Shown piece by piece: positions 22,801 through 32,184 of a DNA stretch of 46,061 nt. Position 1 is the stretch's first letter. Each line of letters starts with the position of its first letter. Origin of the DNA: an uncultured Woeseiaceae bacterium. Lineage in GTDB: Bacteria; Pseudomonadota; Gammaproteobacteria; Steroidobacterales; Woeseiaceae. The DNA lies in assembly GCA_964462665.1 (NCBI GenBank), contig CAYWYT010000001.1:1-46061 (forward strand), given 5' to 3'. Below the pieces are notes generated by a model, which saw nothing but the letters and a program-made list of their open reading frames with translations, did not search any database and was not told where the DNA came from. The translations under genes were made by a program, and so were the position numbers.

Positions 22801-24612
22801 ATGATCATTCTAGGAATCACGGATAGTTTCACTAGCGGAGCGGCAATTACCATTGACGGACGAATTGTTGCCGCAGTTAATGAGGAAAGATTGAATCGCA
22901 GCAAAATGAGCATGGGTTTCCCAGCGCTCAGCGTTCGCGAAGTAATGCGACTTGCCGGGGTACGCGCTGCTGATATCGACAAAGTTGCCGTCGCTACCTC
23001 CAGCCTGTTTTGGAGACCGGAGGCCGAACCTTATAGCGACTATTTTCGAGACACCAAAGGCGGTTTTCGTGACACTTTCCTATCGCTCGGATCTGCTTTC
23101 TCGCGTGTTGTTGGCAATAGCAAGAGCGCCCGAAACACCTACTTCGGCCTGAAGAGGCAGCTTACTCGTCCCCGTCGCAAGCATCTTCCCGATTTGCTGC
23201 AAAGTAAATTCGGAATTGATGCGCCGGTTCAATTCATCGACCACCACTTGTGTCACGCTGCGTCAGCGTACTTCACCGCAGGATTTCCGGATGCCACAGT
23301 TATTACTCAGGACGGAGCAGGTGATGGCAAATGTTCGCGGGTCTACCGCGTGGAATCAGGGACGTTCAAACAATTGCAAAAACTGGATAGCTACGATTCA
23401 GTTGGCAACTACTACTCGTACGTGACTCACCTGTGTGGCTTCAAAGCGCACAAACATGAAGGCAAAATCACAGGACTCGCAGCCTACGGTAAACCGACGT
23501 ATCTGGATATTCTGAAGACCTTTGTCCGGTATGACGGGCCGTCGGTACGAAATGTCGGCAAGTGCTTTGACCACTCAGCTATCGAAAAGCTACGTAAGGC
23601 GCTGCCAACCGATTTTTCACACGAAGACCTGAGCGCCAGCGTTCAAGTGTTGCTTGAAGAGTCCGTTAGCACATTTTGCGATCACTGGGTACGAGAATCA
23701 GGTATCGGGAATGTGGCGTTGGCCGGTGGTGTCTTTGCCAACGTCAAGTTGAACCAGCGTATTCATGAACTCGAGTGCGTAGACAATCTGTTTGTTCATC
23801 CCGGAATGGGCGATGAAGGCCTCGCTGTTGGTGCGGCCCTGTTCCTTGATAACAGCCTCAACGGTTATCGGGCGCAGCCAGTAATCGATAATGTCTTGCT
23901 TGGCGATGCACCGTCTGATGAGAGTATCGATAAGGCTATCGCCGAATCCGGGTTGCCCCTGATGGAGTGTCCACAGGGAACCGAGCGCGCGACCGCGGAA
24001 CTACTCGCACAAGGAAAGGTGATCGCACGTTGTGCGGGCCCCATGGAATATGGCTCGCGAGCCTTGGGCAACCGCACCATCATGTACCAGACGACAGACC
24101 CCAAAGTAAATCAGTGGCTCAACGATCGCCTCTCGCGTACGGAGTTTATGCCTTTTGCACCGGTCACTCTTTGGGACGAGCGCTTATCCTGCTATAAGAA
24201 CTTGAGCGGTGCTGAAGACACAGCACGATTCATGACCATAACGTTCGATTGCACGGATGAAATGAAGTCGCAATCTCCGGCTGTCTGCCACATAGATGGT
24301 ACCGCCAGGCCTCAGCTTATTCGAGAGCAAGACAATCCGTCCTACTACAAGATCCTGGCGGAGTACCATAAAATTACTGGAATACCTAGTTTGGTCAATA
24401 CCAGCTTCAATATTCATGAGGAACCAATCGTCAATACTGCGAGCGAGGCGATTAAGGCATTCAAAAGCAGCAAACTGGATGCACTGCTTCTAGGTGACCG
24501 GCTTGTTCTGGCAGAGAATGCGGTTGCGGCCGGCGAGCCTGACGTCGCAGAAAAACACGCCGCAAACGCCGACCAGGAGCGAAACGGCAAACGGAGTCGT
24601 CGCACGGGCTAA
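22801..24612 (+). CDS. carbamoyltransferase (NodU/CmcH family)
   Basis: MIILGITDSFTSGAAITIDGRIVAAVNEERLNRSK at the N-terminus and ..VNTSFNIHEEPIVNTASEAIKAF at the C-terminus are family hallmarks. Confidence 0.85.
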   Translation: MIILGITDSFTSGAAITIDGRIVAAVNEERLNRSKMSMGFPALSVREVMRLAGVRAADIDKVAVATSSLFWRPEAEPYSDYFRDTKGGFRDTFLSLGSAFSRVVGNSKSARNTYFGLKRQLTRPRRKHLPDLLQSKFGIDAPVQFIDHHLCHAASAYFTAGFPDATVITQDGAGDGKCSRVYRVESGTFKQLQKLDSYDSVGNYYSYVTHLCGFKAHKHEGKITGLAAYGKPTYLDILKTFVRYDGPSVRNVGKCFDHSAIEKLRKALPTDFSHEDLSASVQVLLEESVSTFCDHWVRESGIGNVALAGGVFANVKLNQRIHELECVDNLFVHPGMGDEGLAVGAALFLDNSLNGYRAQPVIDNVLLGDAPSDESIDKAIAESGLPLMECPQGTERATAELLAQGKVIARCAGPMEYGSRALGNRTIMYQTTDPKVNQWLNDRLSRTEFMPFAPVTLWDERLSCYKNLSGAEDTARFMTITFDCTDEMKSQSPAVCHIDGTARPQLIREQDNPSYYKILAEYHKITGIPSLVNTSFNIHEEPIVNTASEAIKAFKSSKLDALLLGDRLVLAENAVAAGEPDVAEKHAANADQERNGKRSRRTG

Positions 24613-24702
24613 TCGGGCAAGTAAGCCGATAAACTAACCGCTGGACGACGCCGCACGTCTTTGTAAGTAACTAAAAACAGTCCGGTTCGGTAAGATCAAC
24701 CA

Positions 24703-25698
24703 GTGAGTGTTGCAATGACACAGGAAACGAAAAGACCCACAAAACTAGCGGCAATTATTCGCGCCGTTGTTAGTATTGGTCTGATTCTGGGCGTCGTTCT
24801 AAGCATGGACTCGCGTGAGCTTCTCGACGCCTTGTTTAGTGTTTCGCTGACGACCTTATTGGTGCTCACGCTGATTGACCTTGCATTGCGCGTCTTCTCC
24901 GCCTATCGCTGGCAGGTGTTGATCGCCACCACCAGCAAGGCGACTACCCTGTGGGACACGATGAGAATCACGTTTACTTCGAGTTTCCTTGGTCAGGCCC
25001 TTCCCGGCGTCATCGGCGTCGAAGCGCTGCGCATCTATAGTCTGTCGAGAGCCACCGGGAACATGGCCGGGGCATTCGCATCCGTCGTCGCTGACCGTGT
25101 ATTCGGATTGGCCAGTCTGGCGATCGTCATTTTCATCGGGCTTGCCGTGGGTCCTGAAGAGTTGCAATCACTAATTCTCAAGCCTCTGTTGTTCGTCGTG
25201 GTATTGGTGGCCTTCGGTGTTCTTCTGGTTACCGTGCCGGCACTCAGGTCGGTTACGCACCGCATTATTCCCGGAATACTACGAGACCGCATACAGGACT
25301 GGGCCGACAAGGTTTATGAATGTTTTGACCAATATCGATCGCGACCCATGCTCATCGCTCTTTCACTATTGCTCGCCACTATTTTTCAGTTCGGCAGAGT
25401 CATGCTCTTCTATGCCGCCGCATTATTGATAGGTAGCTCGGCCGACTTCATTTACTTTATTGCTGTCATTCCAATTGTAATGTTCGCCGCACTATTGCCA
25501 ATTTCGATTGCTGGTCTTGGCGTGCGCGAGGCGGGTCTCGTTTATCTTTTCTCGGAATTTGCCGTAATGGACAATGCATCTGCTTTTACAATATCGATTC
25601 TGGTATTCGTATCGGGAATCCTGAGTACGCTACCGGGCGCCTGGTTTTATACTCAAGACCGGAAGAAGACCAGTGAAGCGGTGGACCCAACCCCTTGA
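24703..25698 (+). CDS. UPF0104 / lysylphosphatidylglycerol-synthase-TM (flippase-like) membrane protein
   Basis: About 8 TM helices. ..RVFSAYRWQVLI..FLGQALPGVIGVEALRIYSL fits the family motif (..Rw..ll....lPg..GGe..R). GTG 24703 or ATG 24715 could be the start. Confidence 0.65.
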   Translation: MSVAMTQETKRPTKLAAIIRAVVSIGLILGVVLSMDSRELLDALFSVSLTTLLVLTLIDLALRVFSAYRWQVLIATTSKATTLWDTMRITFTSSFLGQALPGVIGVEALRIYSLSRATGNMAGAFASVVADRVFGLASLAIVIFIGLAVGPEELQSLILKPLLFVVVLVAFGVLLVTVPALRSVTHRIIPGILRDRIQDWADKVYECFDQYRSRPMLIALSLLLATIFQFGRVMLFYAAALLIGSSADFIYFIAVIPIVMFAALLPISIAGLGVREAGLVYLFSEFAVMDNASAFTISILVFVSGILSTLPGAWFYTQDRKKTSEAVDPTP

Positions 25699-27389
25699 GG
25701 CAAGAAAACATAACAATCATTGCGTTCGTATTGGTCGCGCTTGCCAGTGCAGGCTGCAGCCGGCAGGAGGACCCTGATCGCCGGCGGGTCGGCGTTGACT
25801 CGCACATTGATATCTCGCAAGGAGAGTCTGCTGTTTGTGGCAGTCTGTCGGTTGGAGTCGTTGACTCCGCGGCGGAACTCGCAAATGCGGCTGCGGACGT
25901 TGAGTCAACCTACAATTCTATTTTCGTTGCTGATGAGGGCTACTCGGCGATGGAAGACAACGACATCCGCGGTTATCTGGATGGCGCCTTCAAGGAAGGT
26001 TGGAACCAGGTGGGTCAATCGCATCTGCGTTTAGGGCGCCGAGGTCGCAATCCGGCATTCGGCGAATTCGAGTTATTCCGCAATCTGCATCGTTGGGCGA
26101 ATCTGGAACTACCCGCGGACATTCAGGTCGTTGATGCGAAACTGGAACTCGTGCTCGAGAGCGGACCACCATTTGCTGTTGACGTCGCCGTTTACGCTGT
26201 GACCAAGGACTGGAACCCCGGGAACGGCGGGACGAACAAAGACAACAACAGTCCACCGGCCCATGGCGAGGTTTGGTGGGTCGACGCAATGGCGGGCAAA
26301 GTTTCATGGCATCGTGCAGGCGCAGGATTTGCTTCTGACGATCATCCCGACGCCGATACTGGCGCACAGCCGCTGGCAATAACGCGATATTCGCCAAATG
26401 GCCCCTCAACGCTTTCGTTTAGATCCCAAAAACTGGCAAGTTACATTGAAGACCGTCTCGCCCAAAACTTGCCACTTCTGTTTCTCTACAAGCAAACGGA
26501 CGTTTACGAAGATTCAATCGGCAGCTCGCTCGAAATCTGGTCATCAAATTTCGGCACTGACGGGTCTGCCCGACGCCCCAGTTTGTCGATTGACTGGAAA
26601 GCCCCCGGTCGCACCAAGGTCCGGAATTTCGATATCAACATTGAGCACGGAAGATTCCTGGAGCTCGGATCGGTACAAGTCGGAGGAAAGAAACATATCG
26701 CCGCGAGTTTTCGTTCGGTCGCTGGCGCGGGCCCGTGCGCGGGTATCCCGTGGCTCGAGTACCGCATTGAGGAATCCGGTAGCGACTGGCGACCGCTCAA
26801 CCGGCCGATGCTGGTCGATGCCGAATGGGTCGCTATTCGGGCGTCCGCAGCGACACACCCGATTGCGCTCGGACGTAAGACGATGAGTAGCCTCAGGGAC
26901 ACCTGGATCCCAAAAGGCAAGGTCGAAGACCATGTCGTTCACTGGACTTTCTGGTCGCCAGATGGCCGTAAAATTGACCGGGCGGGTGAATATGCTGGTG
27001 ACTACACGTGGCAGGTCGGCCTCCCAGCGGACACCATAGGTCGGTGGCGGTACGATTGGCACCATTCTCTGTCAGGCAAGCCGGTCCATAGCGAATCGAT
27101 GATGTACGACGTGGTTGCTTGGGAAGCGGATGTTGTCATGCAGGGTCTGAAGGACCTACGACACGAAATAGGACGCTCTGACGCCGAGCCGAAGAGCTAC
27201 GAAATGATCCGTTTTGAATTATCATTCATGCGATTGCAGCGAGCCGCGATGTTACTGCCGATGGGTCCGGAGCCCGCCTACACCGAGGACTTGCGGGTGG
27301 AGCTGCGTCTTCTGCGCGAACTCTTGTCAGGCAAGGAGGTTCCGGAAACGTTTGAGCCCAAATCCATCCGAGCTCGGGAGGCGCAGTGA
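25695..27389 (+). CDS. hypothetical secreted/lipoprotein, N-terminal half DNRLRE/CBM-like, remainder unknown
   Basis: Signal peptide ending LASAGC. AKLELVLESGPPFAVDVAVYAVTKDWNPG...VSWHRAG...ARRPSLSIDW resembles the 'vy.v...W.e..vtW....rP.L.v' pattern of DNRLRE-type accessory domains (weak, from memory). The TTG start overlaps the upstream TGA. Confidence 0.55.
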   Translation: MRQENITIIAFVLVALASAGCSRQEDPDRRRVGVDSHIDISQGESAVCGSLSVGVVDSAAELANAAADVESTYNSIFVADEGYSAMEDNDIRGYLDGAFKEGWNQVGQSHLRLGRRGRNPAFGEFELFRNLHRWANLELPADIQVVDAKLELVLESGPPFAVDVAVYAVTKDWNPGNGGTNKDNNSPPAHGEVWWVDAMAGKVSWHRAGAGFASDDHPDADTGAQPLAITRYSPNGPSTLSFRSQKLASYIEDRLAQNLPLLFLYKQTDVYEDSIGSSLEIWSSNFGTDGSARRPSLSIDWKAPGRTKVRNFDINIEHGRFLELGSVQVGGKKHIAASFRSVAGAGPCAGIPWLEYRIEESGSDWRPLNRPMLVDAEWVAIRASAATHPIALGRKTMSSLRDTWIPKGKVEDHVVHWTFWSPDGRKIDRAGEYAGDYTWQVGLPADTIGRWRYDWHHSLSGKPVHSESMMYDVVAWEADVVMQGLKDLRHEIGRSDAEPKSYEMIRFELSFMRLQRAAMLLPMGPEPAYTEDLRVELRLLRELLSGKEVPETFEPKSIRAREAQ

Positions 27390-27609
27390 GTTGTGGCCAA
27401 CCGCGAAAATCAAACTCGAACGGAAAGCTCGGATAAATGGACGGAAGTTTCAATCACCCCGCCGTTTTACAATAACCGCAATAATTGCTTACGGTGAAAA
27501 GCAGCAATCGCCTATAATGTCCGGCTCGCCAGTCGAGCTGGAAAACTAAAGACATTTCAGTAACATCTAGCGGAAGTTCAAGAAAATTCTAATTCGGGAA
27601 AAAGACAAT

Positions 27610-28206
27610 ATGCTTGATTCAATCAAACTCGAAAAGCTTAACCGGCTGAATTGGGCCGCGAGCCTCATAATAATAATTGCATTTGCTGCCGACATCGCGG
27701 CAGCGCAGGAAGACGATAATCAAAATGACTATGTTGTAAAACCCGGCGACCAGCTTTTGATCTCCGTCTGGAAGGAAGAGGACTTACGTCAGGAAGTGCT
27801 GATTCGTCCAGATGGCGGCTTCTCGTTTCCCCTTGCAGGCGACATGAATGCATCCGGAATGTCAGTAGACGACATCTCGGTTGAGCTATCGCGCAAGCTC
27901 GAGCGTTATATTCCGGACCTGGTTGTCACGGTTGCGGTGACGGCTATCAACGGCAACAAAATCTATGTGATTGGTCAAGTAAACAACCCAGGTGCGTTCA
28001 TCATGAATCCGCGTCTCGACGTCATGCAGGCGTTGAGCGTTGCAGGCGGCGCAACACCGTTTGCCGCGTTGAATGACATCAAAATTCTGCGCAGGAATGA
28101 ATCTGGACAGACCGTCTTCCAGTTTCGCTATGGCGACGTAGAGGACGGCCGTAAACTGGAACAAAACATCATGCTCGAAAGTGGCGATGTTGTTGTCGTA
28201 CCGTAA
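27610..28206 (+). CDS. polysaccharide export protein (OPX; Poly_export + SLBB, short EpsA/pepcterm-export type)
   Basis: YVVKPGDQLLISVWKEEDL..IRPDGGFSFPLAGDMNASGMSVDDIS..L..Y....VTV......KIYVIGQVNNPG......LDVMQALSVAGG. Confidence 0.85.
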   Translation: MLDSIKLEKLNRLNWAASLIIIIAFAADIAAAQEDDNQNDYVVKPGDQLLISVWKEEDLRQEVLIRPDGGFSFPLAGDMNASGMSVDDISVELSRKLERYIPDLVVTVAVTAINGNKIYVIGQVNNPGAFIMNPRLDVMQALSVAGGATPFAALNDIKILRRNESGQTVFQFRYGDVEDGRKLEQNIMLESGDVVVVP

Positions 28207-28245
28207 CGTTAAGAGAGCACTCAAGCAAAATACAAGCGACTAATT

Positions 28246-29949
28246 ATGGAATACGAAAGTAAATCAATTAACGATTATTCGGCGCTCATCAGACGCCGAA
28301 GCAGAGTAGTTATATCGACTATCGTCGCGGTCAGTCTGGTCGGTGTCATGGTTGCGTATTCCATTCCCGCGATGTATCGCTCGACGTCTCACTTTCTGAT
28401 CGAGAAACAGAATATTCCGCAAGACATTGTTCAATCAACAGTTACCAGTTACGTCGACGAAGAGATCCAGGAGGTTCGGCAACGTGTGATGTCGTCGGCA
28501 ACGCTCGTTCAGATCATTCAAGAACACGACCTATACGGGAACCTGACTGCCACCGGCCAGTCGCAACTGGCAGTTGAAGCGCTTCGGTCGAACACGTTGC
28601 TTGAAACCGAGGTATTCGATGTCGTCAACCCACGAAGTGGTCGGGCAATGCTGGCGACAATCTCCTTCACTCTTTCGTTTGATTATGAAAACGCCCAGAC
28701 GGCCCAAGACGTCGCGTCCGTTCTCGCTAATCTCTACCTGACCGAGAACGTCCAAAGTCGTACGGATCAGGTTCAAGAAACTCTTGAGTTTATTTTGAGT
28801 GATATCGAACGATACTCGCAGGAGGTCGAGCACACCGGCAAACTGCTGGCAGACTTCAAGGTGCTGAATCTCGGCAATCTTCCTGAACTAATGAACTACA
28901 ATCTGCAAACGATCGAACGGTCCGAACGTCAAATTGATGGTATCGATCGGGAAATTCGAGACACGCAAAATCGAAAATTGCAGTTTGCAAGTGAACTGGC
29001 AAGTCTCGTTCCTCCTGACGAGGCGGTGTACGACGAAACGGGCGCACCGATTTTGAATCCGACGGAGCAATTGTCTGAGCTGCAGCGCGAAAGGATGCGG
29101 CTGATTTCGGTGTACAGCGCTGAGCACCCAGATGTAGTTCAAATTCAAAAACAGATAGGCCTGTTGAGCTCTGCGGTATCCGGCTCGGGAGGTTACCTGA
29201 TCGCCATACAGACGGAACTTTCAGTAGCTCGCTCGAATCTGGTACAAGTCGCTGAGCGGTATTCTCCAGACCACCCCGATGTCATCCGCGCACAGCGAAC
29301 TGTCAGCAGTCTCGAGAACGAGGTTGCTCTGGCCCAAGCCTCGGCAAACCAACATCAGCCGTCAACATCCCAGAGTGACCCTTATACGCAACAACTAACT
29401 GCGCAGATGAACGCCGAAGACGCAAATATTATGGCACTTCAACGTCGTAAAGCGGAACTGCAGGCAAAGCTGCACGATCTTGAGGGCAAAGTAGCGCTGT
29501 CTCCCCAGATCGAGCGAGAATACGAAGTACTTAATCGAAGTAACGAGTTGGCAATCGCCAACCTCGACGATGTACGCGCCCAATTCGAGGACGCTCAAAA
29601 AGCAGAGAAACTGGAGTCCGCCGGTAGCGGCGATCGATTCACGATTGTCGAGGGTGCTACGTTACCGCTTGAGCCCTATAAACCGAATCGAACCGCCATC
29701 ATCCTCCTTGCATTTATAATGGCTTGCGGCCTTGGTCTTGTTGCGGCTACGGTGCTTGACACAATGGATGAGACCGTCAAGGACTCGCGAGACGTGGTTC
29801 GTCTGACCAAAACGCCACCGATCGCCGTAATCCCGTACGTAGAAACGGACGTAGAGCAACGTCAGCGGTCTTTATCGAATGTCGCGATGGTCGCAGTCGT
29901 CTTGGGAGGTGTGGCTACAGCCTACCTCATCGCATATTTAGCCGGATAG
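28246..29949 (+). CDS. polysaccharide co-polymerase / chain-length determinant (GumC/Wzz-like PCP)
   Basis: N-terminal TM (VVISTIVAVSLVGVMVAYSI), a long coiled-coil periplasmic region (..LQRRKAELQAKLHDLEG..) and C-terminal TM helices. It lacks a fused kinase domain. Confidence 0.8.
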   Translation: MEYESKSINDYSALIRRRSRVVISTIVAVSLVGVMVAYSIPAMYRSTSHFLIEKQNIPQDIVQSTVTSYVDEEIQEVRQRVMSSATLVQIIQEHDLYGNLTATGQSQLAVEALRSNTLLETEVFDVVNPRSGRAMLATISFTLSFDYENAQTAQDVASVLANLYLTENVQSRTDQVQETLEFILSDIERYSQEVEHTGKLLADFKVLNLGNLPELMNYNLQTIERSERQIDGIDREIRDTQNRKLQFASELASLVPPDEAVYDETGAPILNPTEQLSELQRERMRLISVYSAEHPDVVQIQKQIGLLSSAVSGSGGYLIAIQTELSVARSNLVQVAERYSPDHPDVIRAQRTVSSLENEVALAQASANQHQPSTSQSDPYTQQLTAQMNAEDANIMALQRRKAELQAKLHDLEGKVALSPQIEREYEVLNRSNELAIANLDDVRAQFEDAQKAEKLESAGSGDRFTIVEGATLPLEPYKPNRTAIILLAFIMACGLGLVAATVLDTMDETVKDSRDVVRLTKTPPIAVIPYVETDVEQRQRSLSNVAMVAVVLGGVATAYLIAYLAG

Positions 29950-29964
29950 CCAGAGAGTATTCAC

Positions 29965-30813
29965 ATGGGTCGAATTGAAAAAGCACTCAAGCACGCGAAG
30001 GAGTCTCACGACAGGGCTGGCAGAACGAAGGATGCGCCAGAAAATTATTCAGGGTCCAGTCGCGGTGCCACTGCGAACCAAACAGACACAGCTACGGAAA
30101 CGAGCCGCGTCTTTTCAACGCTATCTGACGCCGCGACGACGCACATACTTGATCCGCAAATCCTGCGGGAAAACCGGGTTACAACTGACGAGCAGAATTT
30201 CGCCATCCGATCAGCGTACAAAATGCTGCGAACTCGATTATTGCAGCGAATTCGGGCAAATTGCTGGAACTCCATGGCGATTTCGTCTGCGCGGTCGAGC
30301 GCGGGCAAAACGCTGACCGCAATCAATACGTCAATCAGTATTGCTCACGAACTCAATCAACACGTAATCCTGGTCGATCTGGACTTACGCAGACCGAGTA
30401 TTGCGGAATACCTGGGATTGGAACCACGCCATGACCTTGTCGAACACCTCGTTGATGGGATTCCAATCGAGGATGTCGTAATCAAGACCGACATCGACCG
30501 ACTTCTGGTGATCCCCACGATGTCACCCCAGGACAATTCTTCCGAACTACTTTCTGGCCCCGCGATGCATGCACTCGCGAATCGCTTGGCCAGTGATTCG
30601 GAGGGCGCCATCGTTATTTATGACCTTCCCCCGATGCTCGATGCAGACGATATGCTGGCATTTTCTTCCAGCTTTGATTGCTTGTTGTTCGTTGTCGCTG
30701 AGTGTGAGACACGTCGCGCAGACCTTCTGCAGGTCGAGAATGTGATTGAGGAAATGAATGTGGTCGGATTGGTCCTAAACAAGTCTAACGACACCGCGCC
30801 AGCCTACTACTGA
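29965..30813 (+). CDS. BY-kinase-like P-loop ATPase (CpsD/EpsG type), a separate polypeptide
   Basis: Walker A ARSSAGKT, Walker A' VILVDLDLRRP and Walker B IVIYDLPP. The C-terminus ..NDTAPAYY has only two Tyr. Confidence 0.75.
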   Translation: MGRIEKALKHAKESHDRAGRTKDAPENYSGSSRGATANQTDTATETSRVFSTLSDAATTHILDPQILRENRVTTDEQNFAIRSAYKMLRTRLLQRIRANCWNSMAISSARSSAGKTLTAINTSISIAHELNQHVILVDLDLRRPSIAEYLGLEPRHDLVEHLVDGIPIEDVVIKTDIDRLLVIPTMSPQDNSSELLSGPAMHALANRLASDSEGAIVIYDLPPMLDADDMLAFSSSFDCLLFVVAECETRRADLLQVENVIEEMNVVGLVLNKSNDTAPAYY

Positions 30814-30840
30814 GCTCATGTGCCCGACTGGCAGCAGTGG

Positions 30841-32157
30841 TCATGCCCAACCGATACCCGAGTATTGATCGTGTTTTTCGGCTGGCCTCGCCGAACCGCA
30901 GAGATCCAGTACTCGCTGCCCGGGCTTGAGACGATCGACGATATCGCCAAATTCGTCGGACCCGTTGCCAACGACTACGAGTTCCGAATCTGCAAGAACC
31001 GAGTCAATATTTTCAGCCATTATTTTGGCAATGTGCGGCACGCGATTTAGTATGTAGTCGCGGTTAGCGCCTACCAATCGCGCAATGTTCACGTATTTGT
31101 CGTAGATACTAACTTCATAACCTTTTCCAATGAGCCGCTCGATCAGTTCGACAACAGGACTCTCGCGCAAATCGTCCGTACCCGATTTGAAGCTAAACCC
31201 GAGGACGCCAATCTTGCGAGCACCGGTGTCGCGGATCATATCCATACCTCGTTGAATTTGGCGTTGGTTGCTGACTGCAATCGAGTCCAGAATCGGCACC
31301 TCAACATCGAGACGAGTCGCCTTATAGGTTAGTGCGCGAAGGTCTTTGGGCAGACATGAACCGCCAAAGGCGAAGCCAGGCCTCATGTAGTACGTCGATA
31401 TGTTAAGTTTCTTGTCCTGACAGAAGATATCCATAATTTTCTGGCCGTCGAGACCCAACGATTTACTCAGGCTTCCGATTTCGTTCGCAAACCCGACCTT
31501 TAGAGCATGCCAAACATTGTCGACGTACTTGACCATTTCAGCGGTCTCGATGTCAGTGCGTATCTTCGGGCCCGGAAGAGATTTGTAAATATCCTCAAGG
31601 AACTGACCATCACCAGGCCTCGACTCACCAATTACGGTTTTTGGAGGATTGTAGTAGTCATACACAGCCGTGCCTTCGCGCAGGAATTCCGGGTTATTAC
31701 AAAGGCCGAAATCTTCGCCTGACTTTTTGCCCGACGCGCTTTCAAGAGCCGGCAGTACGGTCCCCGACATCGATCCTGGCAACATCGTGCTACGAATTAC
31801 CACGCTGTGTCGTGAGGACTTTTCTGCGATCGCCGCGCCGATTTCGTTACAGACTTTTTCAATGTAACTCAGATCTAAGCTGCCGTTTCTCTTGCTCGGC
31901 GTACCTACGCAGACAACGGACATGTCGGTAGCATTCACGGCTTCCGCCGGGTCCGACGTCGCACGAATTCGACCAGCAGACGCTCCAGCGGACAAAATTT
32001 CACCGACCTGATCCTCGACAATCGGCGATTTGCCAGCGTTGATCAGATCTACTTTGGTCGAAGTCGGGTCGACTCCCACGATCGTGTGCCCATCTTGCGC
32101 AAGGCAGCCAACCGAGACAGCGCCTACGTAACCTAATCCAAATACACTTATTTTCAT
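30841..32157 (-). CDS. algD: GDP-mannose 6-dehydrogenase
   Basis: Near end-to-end colinearity with P. aeruginosa AlgD as I recall it: MKISVFGLGYVGAVSVGCLA..GKSPIVE, VCVGTPSK.NG.LDL.YIE, NPEFLREGTA, MRPGFAFGGSCLPKDLRALTY (catalytic Cys), SFKSGTDDLRESP, ending ..GIGWA. Confidence 0.85.
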   Translation of the reverse strand: MKISVFGLGYVGAVSVGCLAQDGHTIVGVDPTSTKVDLINAGKSPIVEDQVGEILSAGASAGRIRATSDPAEAVNATDMSVVCVGTPSKRNGSLDLSYIEKVCNEIGAAIAEKSSRHSVVIRSTMLPGSMSGTVLPALESASGKKSGEDFGLCNNPEFLREGTAVYDYYNPPKTVIGESRPGDGQFLEDIYKSLPGPKIRTDIETAEMVKYVDNVWHALKVGFANEIGSLSKSLGLDGQKIMDIFCQDKKLNISTYYMRPGFAFGGSCLPKDLRALTYKATRLDVEVPILDSIAVSNQRQIQRGMDMIRDTGARKIGVLGFSFKSGTDDLRESPVVELIERLIGKGYEVSIYDKYVNIARLVGANRDYILNRVPHIAKIMAENIDSVLADSELVVVGNGSDEFGDIVDRLKPGQRVLDLCGSARPAEKHDQYSGIGWA

Positions 32158-32184
32158 CAGTTAGACCAACTTCTTCTTGAATGA

